Under the pieces are notes generated by a model. The model ran no database searches. It saw nothing but the letters and a program-made list of their open reading frames with translations, and was not told where the DNA came from. Made by a program: the position numbers and the translations under genes. DNA of 63,942 nt, filler included, from Myxococcota bacterium (lineage in GTDB: Bacteria > Myxococcota_C > UBA6777), in assembly GCA_023150835.1 (NCBI GenBank). It is 3 parts of 3 records of this genome, joined end to end, with 100 filler letters (N's around TTAATTAATTAA, not from the genome) between each part and the next. Parts side by side here need not be neighbours in the genome. Positions count along the whole stretch, not along the records: positions 46,946 to 63,942 come from JAKLKB010000143.1; 2 more parts are not named here. The stretch is one strand, 5' to 3'. Positions 50,743-60,300 of this stretch are shown here, in pieces; positions within the stretch are counted from its first letter, which is position 1; the number at the start of each line of letters is the position of its first letter.

Positions 50743-52839
50743 TCAGACTCCGCCTTCGGGGGCATCGGGGTTTGGGGGAGCATCCATGCGTTCGCCTTCG
50801 GAGATATCGATGTTGGGAGAAGCGAGGTGAAGTTCTTCGGCGGCGAGGATCGCTTCCATCTTGATCGGATCGGCGACCCACGACGGAAGCCCCGTGGTCA
50901 AGAGGATCACCGAACGTTCGACAACCCACCGACCGTTGTAGAGGATGCAGGGTTGGTCTTCGGGCCAATCCAACGCGCCTGCGAGTTCATCGGCTTGGCG
51001 AAGGATCGGACGCACATCGCCACCGTAGACTTGTTCTGCGACGTTGAGTACGCGCCGAAACACCGTATTCCATGCGTCGTTGGTTTCGCCTGCATCTTCG
51101 ACCAAGTCAAGCCCCACAGGCAAATTTTCGAGATGGCGCATAAAAAAATCGATCAGGGACTCTCGGATCACACGGCCATGTTGAGGAGCGATCATCTGCG
51201 GGGCGGGGGAGAGTTGGCGGATGCGTTGGATCACACGGGCAAGCGCTTTGTTCATCGGCATATAGAGCTGGTGAAAGGCTCGCATCCCTGTCCAATCGCT
51301 GTCATCGGCGTATAAGCCCACAGCTTCGCGGGCTGTCAAGCCCCCAAACAGATCGCCTGTGTAAAGCACCCGTGTTTCGGGGTCGTACAACATGACCGCC
51401 CCTGCAAAGTGGCAAAATGGCGAAGGGACGGGAACCAAGGTGTGGCCTGTTTCGATCGCGAAACCACGCGGATATTTGTCAGTCGAAAGAAAGCGCTCGC
51501 GTGGCAGATTGTAGTGTTGCACCAGACGCCACGTATCTTCGGAGCAGATGATGTTGGCGCGTGGTGCGTAGCGTCCAAGCAGCAAGGTGGTCGAAGACGC
51601 GACATCGGGATCTTGGTGGTTGATAAACACTGCCGAGATCTTGTCCATCCCACCGATCAGAGAGGACACTTTGGCTTGTACGGTTGCGAAATCTTGGCTT
51701 GAGCCCGGGTCGATCAACAGATTGAACTGAATCTTTTGCCCATTTTTGTTGCGCCCCCGAAAGATCCGCAAGTAGGGGTTGGCAAAAAAGATCGACTTGG
51801 AAGGCCGTGAACCCACCCAATAACTCGACGGCGCGATCTCGACCGCAAACAGATGTTCGTTGGTTGTGGTGGCTGTCTTGGGGGCGGGTTTGGGCTTGGT
51901 TGCGTAAGGCGACAAGGCTTCCCAAAAAGCTTTCATGCTTTCGTAGCGTTGTTGGGGATCTTTGGCGAGTGCGCGAAACAAGACTTGTTCAAAGCCGTTG
52001 TCAAACGGAGCCGATGGATGTTGAGGGAGGGGGCGCGGCGTTTGCCAGACATGCGCTCGTAGCAGCGATACGACATCTTCTTCGCTGCGTTTCTTCGGCA
52101 TATCGAACGGCAAGTAGCCCGTAAACATCTCATAGAGCATGACGCCTAAAGCGTAGATATCGCAACGGTGGGTCACTTGTTCGCCCAAACATTGTTCAGG
52201 GGACATGTATTCGGGTGTTCCGAGCGCTCCCACAGTGCGTTTTGTGCTGTCTTGGATACTACGAGCGATCCCAAAATCGAGCAATTTGACGTAGAGTGGG
52301 TCGCTTTCGTGCTGAATTAAAAAGACATTGTCTGGCTTGAGATCGCGGTGGATGATCCCCTGCTGGTGTGCGGCGTGTAACGCTCGGCAAAGCTGTTCGG
52401 CGATATGGAATACTTCTTCTCTTTTCGGTAGCTTATTCTTTTTCATCCACAACGACAGATCTTGTCCTTGTAGGTATTCCATTACAAAGTAGTAGCCCAA
52501 GTTTTCTTCATGACCAAAATCGTCAAAGATTCTGACGATATGGTTGTTTTTTTCTGAAAGAACAGCGGTCACTTGGACTTCTTGCTCAAAGCGCGATAAG
52601 GATTCAGGCTTTTTCTGCTGGTGGCTTTTCAGTAGCTTGATGGCGCGCCGAGGGTTGTGTTGCAGGCCGATATGCCTCGCCGCATACACGACACCGAAGC
52701 CGCCTTCGCTTAGTACATGCTCTAGCCGATATTTTCCTGCGATCAGCTTTTGGGGAAAAGAGCATTGTGGGCAAAAGTCTTGATCTTTGATGATCTCTTT
52801 TTGGCAATTTGAGCAGAAGTTCTCTTGTTGAGCGCTCAT
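50743..52839 (-). CDS. Zinc-ribbon Ser/Thr kinase fused to an oxygen-binding di-iron (ODP-like, metallo-beta-lactamase fold) domain
   Basis: CSNC..CPQC; EGGFG, AIK, HRDLKPDN, DFG, GTPEYMSPE; then NPYL, IDPGS, HQDPD, PFCHF, TGDLFG, FHQLYMP, APQHG. Confidence 0.9.
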   Translation of the reverse strand: MSAQQENFCSNCQKEIIKDQDFCPQCSFPQKLIAGKYRLEHVLSEGGFGVVYAARHIGLQHNPRRAIKLLKSHQQKKPESLSRFEQEVQVTAVLSEKNNHIVRIFDDFGHEENLGYYFVMEYLQGQDLSLWMKKNKLPKREEVFHIAEQLCRALHAAHQQGIIHRDLKPDNVFLIQHESDPLYVKLLDFGIARSIQDSTKRTVGALGTPEYMSPEQCLGEQVTHRCDIYALGVMLYEMFTGYLPFDMPKKRSEEDVVSLLRAHVWQTPRPLPQHPSAPFDNGFEQVLFRALAKDPQQRYESMKAFWEALSPYATKPKPAPKTATTTNEHLFAVEIAPSSYWVGSRPSKSIFFANPYLRIFRGRNKNGQKIQFNLLIDPGSSQDFATVQAKVSSLIGGMDKISAVFINHQDPDVASSTTLLLGRYAPRANIICSEDTWRLVQHYNLPRERFLSTDKYPRGFAIETGHTLVPVPSPFCHFAGAVMLYDPETRVLYTGDLFGGLTAREAVGLYADDSDWTGMRAFHQLYMPMNKALARVIQRIRQLSPAPQMIAPQHGRVIRESLIDFFMRHLENLPVGLDLVEDAGETNDAWNTVFRRVLNVAEQVYGGDVRPILRQADELAGALDWPEDQPCILYNGRWVVERSVILLTTGLPSWVADPIKMEAILAAEELHLASPNIDISEGERMDAPPNPDAPEGGV

Positions 52840-53276
52840 CTCGTTTGTCTTTCCTTAATCGGGAAGGGCTTCGTGATCTTTTCCGCGAATCGTGGACGAC
52901 TCTCGTTTGATCTCTTGATGCTTTCAACGTGAATGCGAATCGTTTTGCGCTCTTGAATACGCAAGGGTGCTTTTGGGGCGGTGGGCAAAATCAAGTTTCT
53001 TTTTCCTTTTGTGGCGCTCTTTTGATATAACGCTGGGCGCACAGCCAAGGGCTTCAACATAACCTTGTGTCTAGGGTTTGGGAAGATCGCAAGAGGTACA
53101 AAGAGCGTGGCACACCTGTGTGGGCTTTGTGCGCGATAATCCACTTTCGCAGAAAAAGATCATCTCCCAAACCCGCGATGTTTTGGGCGCTGGTACAAGA
53201 GTTGTTCGTAGATAAAAAAGTCGGTGGAAAAAAGAAGTGATTGTCGGATGTATACGCCAAAAGAAAGGAAAAAAAA

Positions 53277-54110
53277 ATGCGTTTTCTTTTTTGGTTTTTG
53301 ATCAATGCAAGTCAGGTTTTGTTTTTTTTCTTTTGGAGTATTATTTGGCAAAGTTATTCGATTTTTTCTCGTTTGTTGTTCGGGGATCCACGTCCAGCCT
53401 TGTGGGTGGCGCATTACATTTGGGCGCCTGTGTTGTTGGGGATCACAAGGTCAAAGATCCATGTGTATGGTTTGGAGAAGGTGGATCTGAGTAAGCCGCA
53501 TATCTTTGCTTCAAATCACCAGTCGACATTGGATATCGCGGCGGCCTTGTCTACCTTGCCCATTCCATTGCGTTTTGTGGCAAAGAAGGAGTTGTTTTAT
53601 ATCCCGTTTTTGGGTTGGTATATGTGGGCCACACAGATGATCTTCGTGGATCGCAAGAAGGGCAAAGAAGCGATCCGAAGTCTCAAGCGTGCAGGAGATC
53701 TGATCCGTGAGGGCGCGGATATCATCGCATTTCCCGAGGGAACGCGCAGCGATGACGGCAAGGTGCATCCGCTTAAAAAGGGGATCTTTGTGGTGGCGTT
53801 GGAGGCAGGGGTGCCGATCATCCCCTTGGCGATCGAGGGGACGCGGTACGTGATGCCGAAAAACAGCTTCCAAGTCCGCCCGCACGATATCCACATCGCT
53901 TTTGGCGAACCCATCGAAACAAAGGGATTGGGCTACGAAGATCGAGAGCGGCTGATCGTTCAAACTCGGCAAGCGATGGGGAATTTGTTGGAATCGATCG
54001 GTGGGGCGGGGGTTTCAGAACATCTTCAAGTCGCAGAAGAACCAGAACACCAGACGTTCCGAGGATTCAGCCAAGACATGGAGCGCGAAGATCGTTTCCT
54101 TAGGGGGTGA
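53277..54110 (+). CDS. plsC: 1-acyl-sn-glycerol-3-phosphate acyltransferase
   Basis: NHQSTLD, FVAKKEL, FVDR, FPEGTRS. Confidence 0.92.
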   Translation: MRFLFWFLINASQVLFFFFWSIIWQSYSIFSRLLFGDPRPALWVAHYIWAPVLLGITRSKIHVYGLEKVDLSKPHIFASNHQSTLDIAAALSTLPIPLRFVAKKELFYIPFLGWYMWATQMIFVDRKKGKEAIRSLKRAGDLIREGADIIAFPEGTRSDDGKVHPLKKGIFVVALEAGVPIIPLAIEGTRYVMPKNSFQVRPHDIHIAFGEPIETKGLGYEDRERLIVQTRQAMGNLLESIGGAGVSEHLQVAEEPEHQTFRGFSQDMEREDRFLRG

Positions 54111-54903
54111 CATCGGAAGCGATATCGGCCTCGTTAAGGGTGAGTGCGGGTTTTTCGGGGATGTGCGCGATGCGGATGCGTTCGAGGAAACGCAACAGTT
54201 GGAAGCCGGGGTCCCATTCGTGGTCGAGGTGAGCGTGAGAAGCGCGGCTTGGTTTGGCATGGTGGTTGTTTTGGAGGGCTTCTCCTGCGGTCAAAAACAG
54301 CGCGATTCGGCTTGTCAGGTTCACGGACTGATCTTTGATATCGTAATTCCGATAACCCCACCCGCGATCTCCGCCATGAGCGAAGTAGCTTTGAAAAGAA
54401 AGCACGAGCATACCAAGGACGCGGATCGTCACCCACACCATCGTGGCGTAGATCCAAGATCCCGTGAGCGCAAACGGAGCAAGCCACGCGGTGACGGCGC
54501 AGAGGGGGCCTGCGATCGGGTGGCTAAAGAAGGCGAAGATCGGATGTTGGAAGATGGCGTCTTTCGTGAATTTTTGGATCATCGGATCGCTGGCTTTGGG
54601 GCTGTGTTTGAGGAAGCCCGCGAGCCATTGCGCATACGTGACGTTTGGTTGTTTATCGGGATCTTTGTCGGTGTCCGAATAAGCATGGTGCATCCGATGA
54701 TCTGCGCACCATGTCCGAGGATTGATGTGTAGCACAAAAAGGTTGGTCAGCGTGGTCGAGGTAAAGATCCACCAGCGCGGAAGATCGACTGCGCGATGAG
54801 CAACACACCGATGCAACACCACCGAGAGGTAGTTTGCCAACATCAACCAAGCCACCCCGATCGTTGGAACCATCGCAAGCAAGTACCAAGTCAGATTTCT
54901 CAC
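54100..54903 (-). CDS. Membrane fatty acid desaturase (delta-9/DesA-like)
   Basis: His boxes HRCVAH, HRMHH and GEALQNNHH; SDTDKDP; EWDPG. Confidence 0.88.
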   Translation of the reverse strand: MRNLTWYLLAMVPTIGVAWLMLANYLSVVLHRCVAHRAVDLPRWWIFTSTTLTNLFVLHINPRTWCADHRMHHAYSDTDKDPDKQPNVTYAQWLAGFLKHSPKASDPMIQKFTKDAIFQHPIFAFFSHPIAGPLCAVTAWLAPFALTGSWIYATMVWVTIRVLGMLVLSFQSYFAHGGDRGWGYRNYDIKDQSVNLTSRIALFLTAGEALQNNHHAKPSRASHAHLDHEWDPGFQLLRFLERIRIAHIPEKPALTLNEADIASDVTP

Positions 54904-55072
54904 AGAAAGATATCCTCCAAGGAGTTAAAAAAGCGCACTCCTATCCCAAAGCGCGGCTCTATCCATACTGCTTTCCAATACCGCCTGTCAACGGTGTTTT
55001 GTGGACGGATGGGGCTTGGTTTTGTGCTCTGTTGGATCGTCTTGTGACGGAGTCGTATCGCAAGCCTCGGGA

Positions 55073-57199
55073 TCACGTTTGTTCGTTGATCTTTTTTAAG
55101 ATCGATTCACTACAGCCACAACGCGGCTGTCCACAAGGAGCCACCTCCTTGTTCATCGCAGACAGCGCGATCTCCGCGTTGGATTGGGGGGGGTGGAGCT
55201 TCGCATGGCTGTGTTCGTGGTGGTCGTGTGGATGGGTATGTTCGTGGTGGTGGTCGTGTGGATGGGCATGTTCGTGGTGGTCGTGTGGATGGGCATGTTC
55301 GTGGTGGTCGTGTGGATGGGCATGTTCGTGGTGGTGGTGTTCGTGGATGTGGTGTTCATGTTCATGTTCGTGAGCATGGTGTTCGTGAGTGTGGTGTTCA
55401 TGTTCATGTTCGTGAGCATGGTGGGCGTGTTCGTGGTGGTTGTGGGAGTCATGGGTCGGGGGGGCATACGCAGGGATGAGTTGGCCGAGCAAGAAGCGAG
55501 GGCCATTGCGCAACAGAGTGCTGAGTGTGATCAGGCCGAGAATCCCGAGGCAGACGATGCTGAGCATGGAGTGGTTGTGATGGTGATGGAGATGGATCGG
55601 CGGGGGAGGGACGTGGAACAGCAAGTCGACGCTCCAACCAAGAAGACAAGAGACCCCGATCATGGAGGCCGCGAACGCGAAGGCGACACGTTTGTTGTGA
55701 AGGGCGCTAAGGACGCCAAATGTCGTGAGGTTGGTGGCGGGGCCTGTGAGCAAGAACGCGATGGCAGCGCCGGGAGAAAGCCCCTTGGCGATCAACACGG
55801 CAACAAAGGGCGTTGCGCCCGAAGCGCAAACATACACGGGCATACCGATCAAGGCGGCGAGCGGGACTTGTATCGCAAAGGGCAGCGTGGCGAGCGCGCT
55901 GGTTGGGAGCAGAGGTTGGAGCGCGGCGGCTAGAAAAAGACCTGCTAAGATCCAAGGCAATGTATGATCTGCATTTTCACCAAATCCGTAAGAGAAGCCT
56001 TTGTGGAGTTGGCTTTTGAGCGAGGGAGTGGGGGCATCGGGAGTGGAAGAGGCCGTCGTAAGGGGGGAAGGGGTAGGGATCAAGCGGCTTACGAGCAAGG
56101 ACACGCAGACCGCAGCGATGGCAGCGGCGGCGAGGCGCAGCCATGTCATTTTTGCACCGAGCAGCGGGATGGATAGCAAGATCGCATCGATCCCCAGTTC
56201 AGGAGTGGCGATCAAAAAGGCCATCCCTGCGGTCGCTGGTGCGCCTGCTCGCACAAGGCTTTGATACAGCGGAACCACACCACACGAGCAGATCGGCAAG
56301 GGCAGACCAAACAACATCCCCCGAGCACTTTGCGATAACGCAGAGCCACGCCCCAACCAAGACACCGCCGCAGGACGCAAAAAGGCAAACATCAGGCTTG
56401 CGCCGATGTAGGCCAAGAGCAACGCAGGTGCGCTTTCAAGCGCGATCTGCCAAAAGGCTTGCCCCATCGAGTTTCCTGCGTGGTGCGCGTGTGCGGTGTT
56501 GTGTTCGAGCGAGATGCCCCATAACAAACCGATCCCCAACAATGCGCCGAATCCGCTCCATACAGGCGATACATCCGAAGTTTTGGGTTCGTGCTGTGGA
56601 TGCTCGAACAGGATATGCAAGAGGCTTCCTGCCACGAAGGCTTGGAACCACGCCATCATCTGCAAAGGAAGGCTCTGATGAAGTGGCTTGCCTGCAAGAT
56701 AACCCACCGTCGTGGCAGCGGCGTTAAGGAAGATCACCCACCAAGCGATCCGTGCGCCTTTGCGTGGAATCAACAACCATGCGATCGCTAAACCCACGGG
56801 GATACGGTGAAGTACGACAGCCAGCGCCAGAAGCTTTTCTTCTGTGTGGGCGTGTCCTGCTTCAGGCAAAGCAAGCGCGACACCATCCAATACGGCATGG
56901 ACCCCCAAACCAAGCAGGGCCAACATCCCCAACCATCCGAGGCGATGGGGATTTGCGGGCGCGACTTTGCTCCAAAATCGATCCGCCCCAAGCGGCAACA
57001 AGATCCCCAGCAACGCAGCGAAGATCACCCCCCCTCCTGCGATGTGGAGGCTGTGTGGTAACAAGTGCAGCAACACCAGTCCCACTACAGACACCAAAAG
57101 AAATCCATCCAAAACAGCCAAACTACGGGCTGCTCGTCGGATGTAAGGATACAAAAAGGGGCCAAAAAACAGCGGAAGCAGGCTCATCCAGAAAAGCAT
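55073..57199 (-). CDS. Metal permease: ZIP-like N-half fused to DUF318/SO_0444-like permease, with His-rich tail
   Basis: VHAVLDG and LHRIPVG (ZIP-like); PLPICSCGVVP, FLIATPELGID, VYVCASGATP, FLLTGPATN; about 80-aa His-rich tail with 27-bp repeats. Confidence 0.85.
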   Translation of the reverse strand: MLFWMSLLPLFFGPFLYPYIRRAARSLAVLDGFLLVSVVGLVLLHLLPHSLHIAGGGVIFAALLGILLPLGADRFWSKVAPANPHRLGWLGMLALLGLGVHAVLDGVALALPEAGHAHTEEKLLALAVVLHRIPVGLAIAWLLIPRKGARIAWWVIFLNAAATTVGYLAGKPLHQSLPLQMMAWFQAFVAGSLLHILFEHPQHEPKTSDVSPVWSGFGALLGIGLLWGISLEHNTAHAHHAGNSMGQAFWQIALESAPALLLAYIGASLMFAFLRPAAVSWLGRGSALSQSARGMLFGLPLPICSCGVVPLYQSLVRAGAPATAGMAFLIATPELGIDAILLSIPLLGAKMTWLRLAAAAIAAVCVSLLVSRLIPTPSPLTTASSTPDAPTPSLKSQLHKGFSYGFGENADHTLPWILAGLFLAAALQPLLPTSALATLPFAIQVPLAALIGMPVYVCASGATPFVAVLIAKGLSPGAAIAFLLTGPATNLTTFGVLSALHNKRVAFAFAASMIGVSCLLGWSVDLLFHVPPPPIHLHHHHNHSMLSIVCLGILGLITLSTLLRNGPRFLLGQLIPAYAPPTHDSHNHHEHAHHAHEHEHEHHTHEHHAHEHEHEHHIHEHHHHEHAHPHDHHEHAHPHDHHEHAHPHDHHHEHTHPHDHHEHSHAKLHPPQSNAEIALSAMNKEVAPCGQPRCGCSESILKKINEQT

Positions 57200-57359
57200 G
57201 GGGATTTTGTCGTCCTTTGGAGGGAGTCTTGGTTTTGGCGCGAACAGAACACCTTGCAACACTTTGCTTTTTGTGCGCGCCTTTGCTATAGCTCGGTCTT
57301 GTAGCATGGAGTGTGCGTCTTTGCGCAACGAAATCTATCTATCTGAGGGTGCTTTTTCG

Positions 57360-60300
57360 ATGAACCAAGCCTGTCCACAATGTGCGTTTCCTTTCGCTGA
57401 GGGGCAACAAGACGCCTTCTCCTTTTGTCCCAAGTGCAGCTTTCCCTTGATGCGTGTCGCGGGAAAATATCGCCTTACACGCTTGCTTGGCGAAGGGTCG
57501 TTTGGGCGGGTGTATCTTGCGCGTCACATGAACTTGCGTCACAAACCTGAGCGCGTCATCAAAGTCATGCGCTCCGATGTCTTGCGCCAACACGGTATGG
57601 AAGAGCGCTTTTGGCGTGAGGTACAATTGACGGCTGCGCTCTCTGAGCAAAACGCGCATGTTGTCCGTGTATACGACGATTTTGGCGAAGAAGAAGGACT
57701 CGGATTTTACTATGTGATGGAGTATCTTCGCGGACGTTCCTTGAAAGAAGTGTGTCGGGCTTGCGGCCCACTTCCGACTCCACTGGTTTGGCATATCTTT
57801 CAACAGCTTTGTGAAGCCGCTACGTTGGCTCACAACGAAGGCATCATCCACCGCGATCTCAAACCCCAAAATATCTACCTGATCCCGCGAGGTCGTGACC
57901 CTTACTTTGTCAAGATCTTTGACTTTGGGATCGCCAAGTCGCTTGTTGAAGCCAAACAAGCCGATTGGACACGCGGAGCGCTCGGAACACCCGCGTATAT
58001 GGCTCCCGAACAATGCAGCAATCGCCAAATCGACCAACGCACCGATCTTTACGCGATGGCTGTGATCCTTTACGAGATGCTTTCTGGACGGACGCCCTTT
58101 CTTTTTGATGGACTTGCCCAAGGCACTTCCCCCGATCCGATGGCGATCTTGATCGCTCACATGACGCAATCACCCGTCCCGCTGACCAAACAAGCCCCTT
58201 GGCTGGCGATCGATCCCGCCTTGGATCAAGTCATCCTCAAAGCCCTTTCAAAAGATCCTGCCGAGCGTTTCGAGAGTGTCGAGTCTTTTTGGCGAGCGAT
58301 TCTTCGCTTTCTTCCGCCCGATACCTTCCAACAAACTTTGCCGACACCTCACGAACTGCTTGGCCCCGAAGCCCCTGTCCTCTCTTCAGATGGCTGGTCG
58401 GCAATCGATTCGGTCGAAGAATCCGACATCTTGACTCCTGTTCCTTCTTCTTCGGCTCTTTGGAAAACACCCCCTGAGTCGGCGGAAAAACCCAACGAAC
58501 ACGCCGATGCCTCCGATGAATACGCCTTTCCTTCTTCCGCCTTCGCTGAAAAGAACATCGGTCGCTCCATGATGTGGCCCGAACGCACGCTGGATCTCGG
58601 TGGAATCCTGACCCTGCGCAAAGAGCAGCAGACCCTTGCGCTTGGCGAAGGTGATCTTCTCGAAGAGGTCGGACTTTTTTCTGAACAAGAAGAAGTCAGA
58701 CTTTTCTCTGAGCAAGAAGATGTCGTAGACCTGTTAACAGAAGATCATACCCCCGATCCACGGCGTTTGGTCGAAACCCTCAACTTGCGTGTTCCCACCG
58801 AAACAGCACTCGCCGCCGACGCCTTGGATGGAGCCTCGCACACTGCCGATGCTTCGCAAAAAGCCCAGACTGCCCTCGATGTCTCGCCTTTTACACAACC
58901 TTTGCCTCGCCCTGCGTTTGTGCCGATCTGGAGCGATGCACTTCCCCAGCCTCATCCCTCTGAGCCGCCTGCTCCCTCTCTCCAAGAACCCACCCGTGCC
59001 TACGGAACTTTTCAAGACGAAGCATCCTTCGCGGCGTCACCTTTTCAAAGCGAACTATCCGCCGAAGCCGCGCCTTATCAGAACGAAAAAAGCACCGTCG
59101 AAGTCTCGCCTTATCAGAACGAAAAAAACACCGTCGATGCCTCCTTCTTCCCAAACGAGAAAACTACGGAATATCCGACGTTTTCTTCTGGAAAGATGCT
59201 TGATCCACTTTCCACACAACCGCAAACAAACCTTGTTTCTCCGCTTTTTCAAGAAGAACAACAAACTCTCGAAGCCAACGCTTTTCAACAGGCCCCATCC
59301 TCCGACACCTCTCGTCCTGAAACGTTTTCTCCTTCCCGATCTCCCGTCGAATCTATCAAGATACCGCTCTTTCTTGCCGAATCATCGCCTTCTTTGTCTT
59401 CGCTTCCTCAGGAACGCACCCTTGAACTGCAAAACAAAAAGCGTGCGATCTTCTATGAAACGGACAACAGCGATACCGAACTTTCCGAACGTAAAAAGCG
59501 CAAGACCCTCCACGAACAGCCTTTTTCAATGCCCCCCGTCCCTCCTGTCTCGTTGACCTTGCCGAAACTGCCTGAAACAGAGCCGTTGGCTTCTTTTGCT
59601 TCTGTTCCTTCCACGCCTTCGGCTGCTTCGGCTGTTCCTTCTTTCGCGCCTTCGGCTGTTCCTTCTTTCGCGACTTCGGCTGCTTCGGCTGTTCCTTCTT
59701 CCTCCGCTGCTCTTTCTATGCGATCCACTTCTCCGCAAGAACTACCCGACTTCTCCGAAGACAGCGAACCTCCTGTGCTTCTGGCCGCAGAAGATGAACG
59801 GCCTCATTTCTCCGAAGAAAACGAGCCTCCTGTGCTGTTGGCCGCAGAAGACGAAGTCTCCGAAGCAGCCGAACTTGATGACGCTCCTGTGCTGTTGGCC
59901 GCAGAAGACGAAGTCTCCGAAGCAGCCGAACTCGATGACGCTCCTGTGCTGTTGGCCGCAGAAGACGAAGTCTCCGAAGCAGCCGAACTCGATGACGCTC
60001 CTGTGCTGTTGGCCGCAGAAGACGAAGTCTCCGAAGCAGCCGAACTTGATGACGCCCCTGTGTTGCTGGCAGAAGAAGACCCGTTGCTCTTGGACGAGCA
60101 ACATCGTTCCCGACCCAACGCACCCACTCAGACAGAGGAATCCCCTGTTCTCTTGGAAGAATCGCCTCCCGTGCGTTTGGATCCCTCACCCGCAAACAAA
60201 CCAACGCTCTCGCCTCACGAAGCCGTCACCGTCGCGATCCCCAACCCCCTCCACAAAAAAACCTCGCCGCCCACAGAATCTTTTTCCGCAAACTCTCCTT

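Noticed and set aside
52836-53144. 102-aa ORF with ATGA overlap onto the ODP kinase
   Set aside because: No recognisable motif or RBS; cannot be supported from sequence alone.
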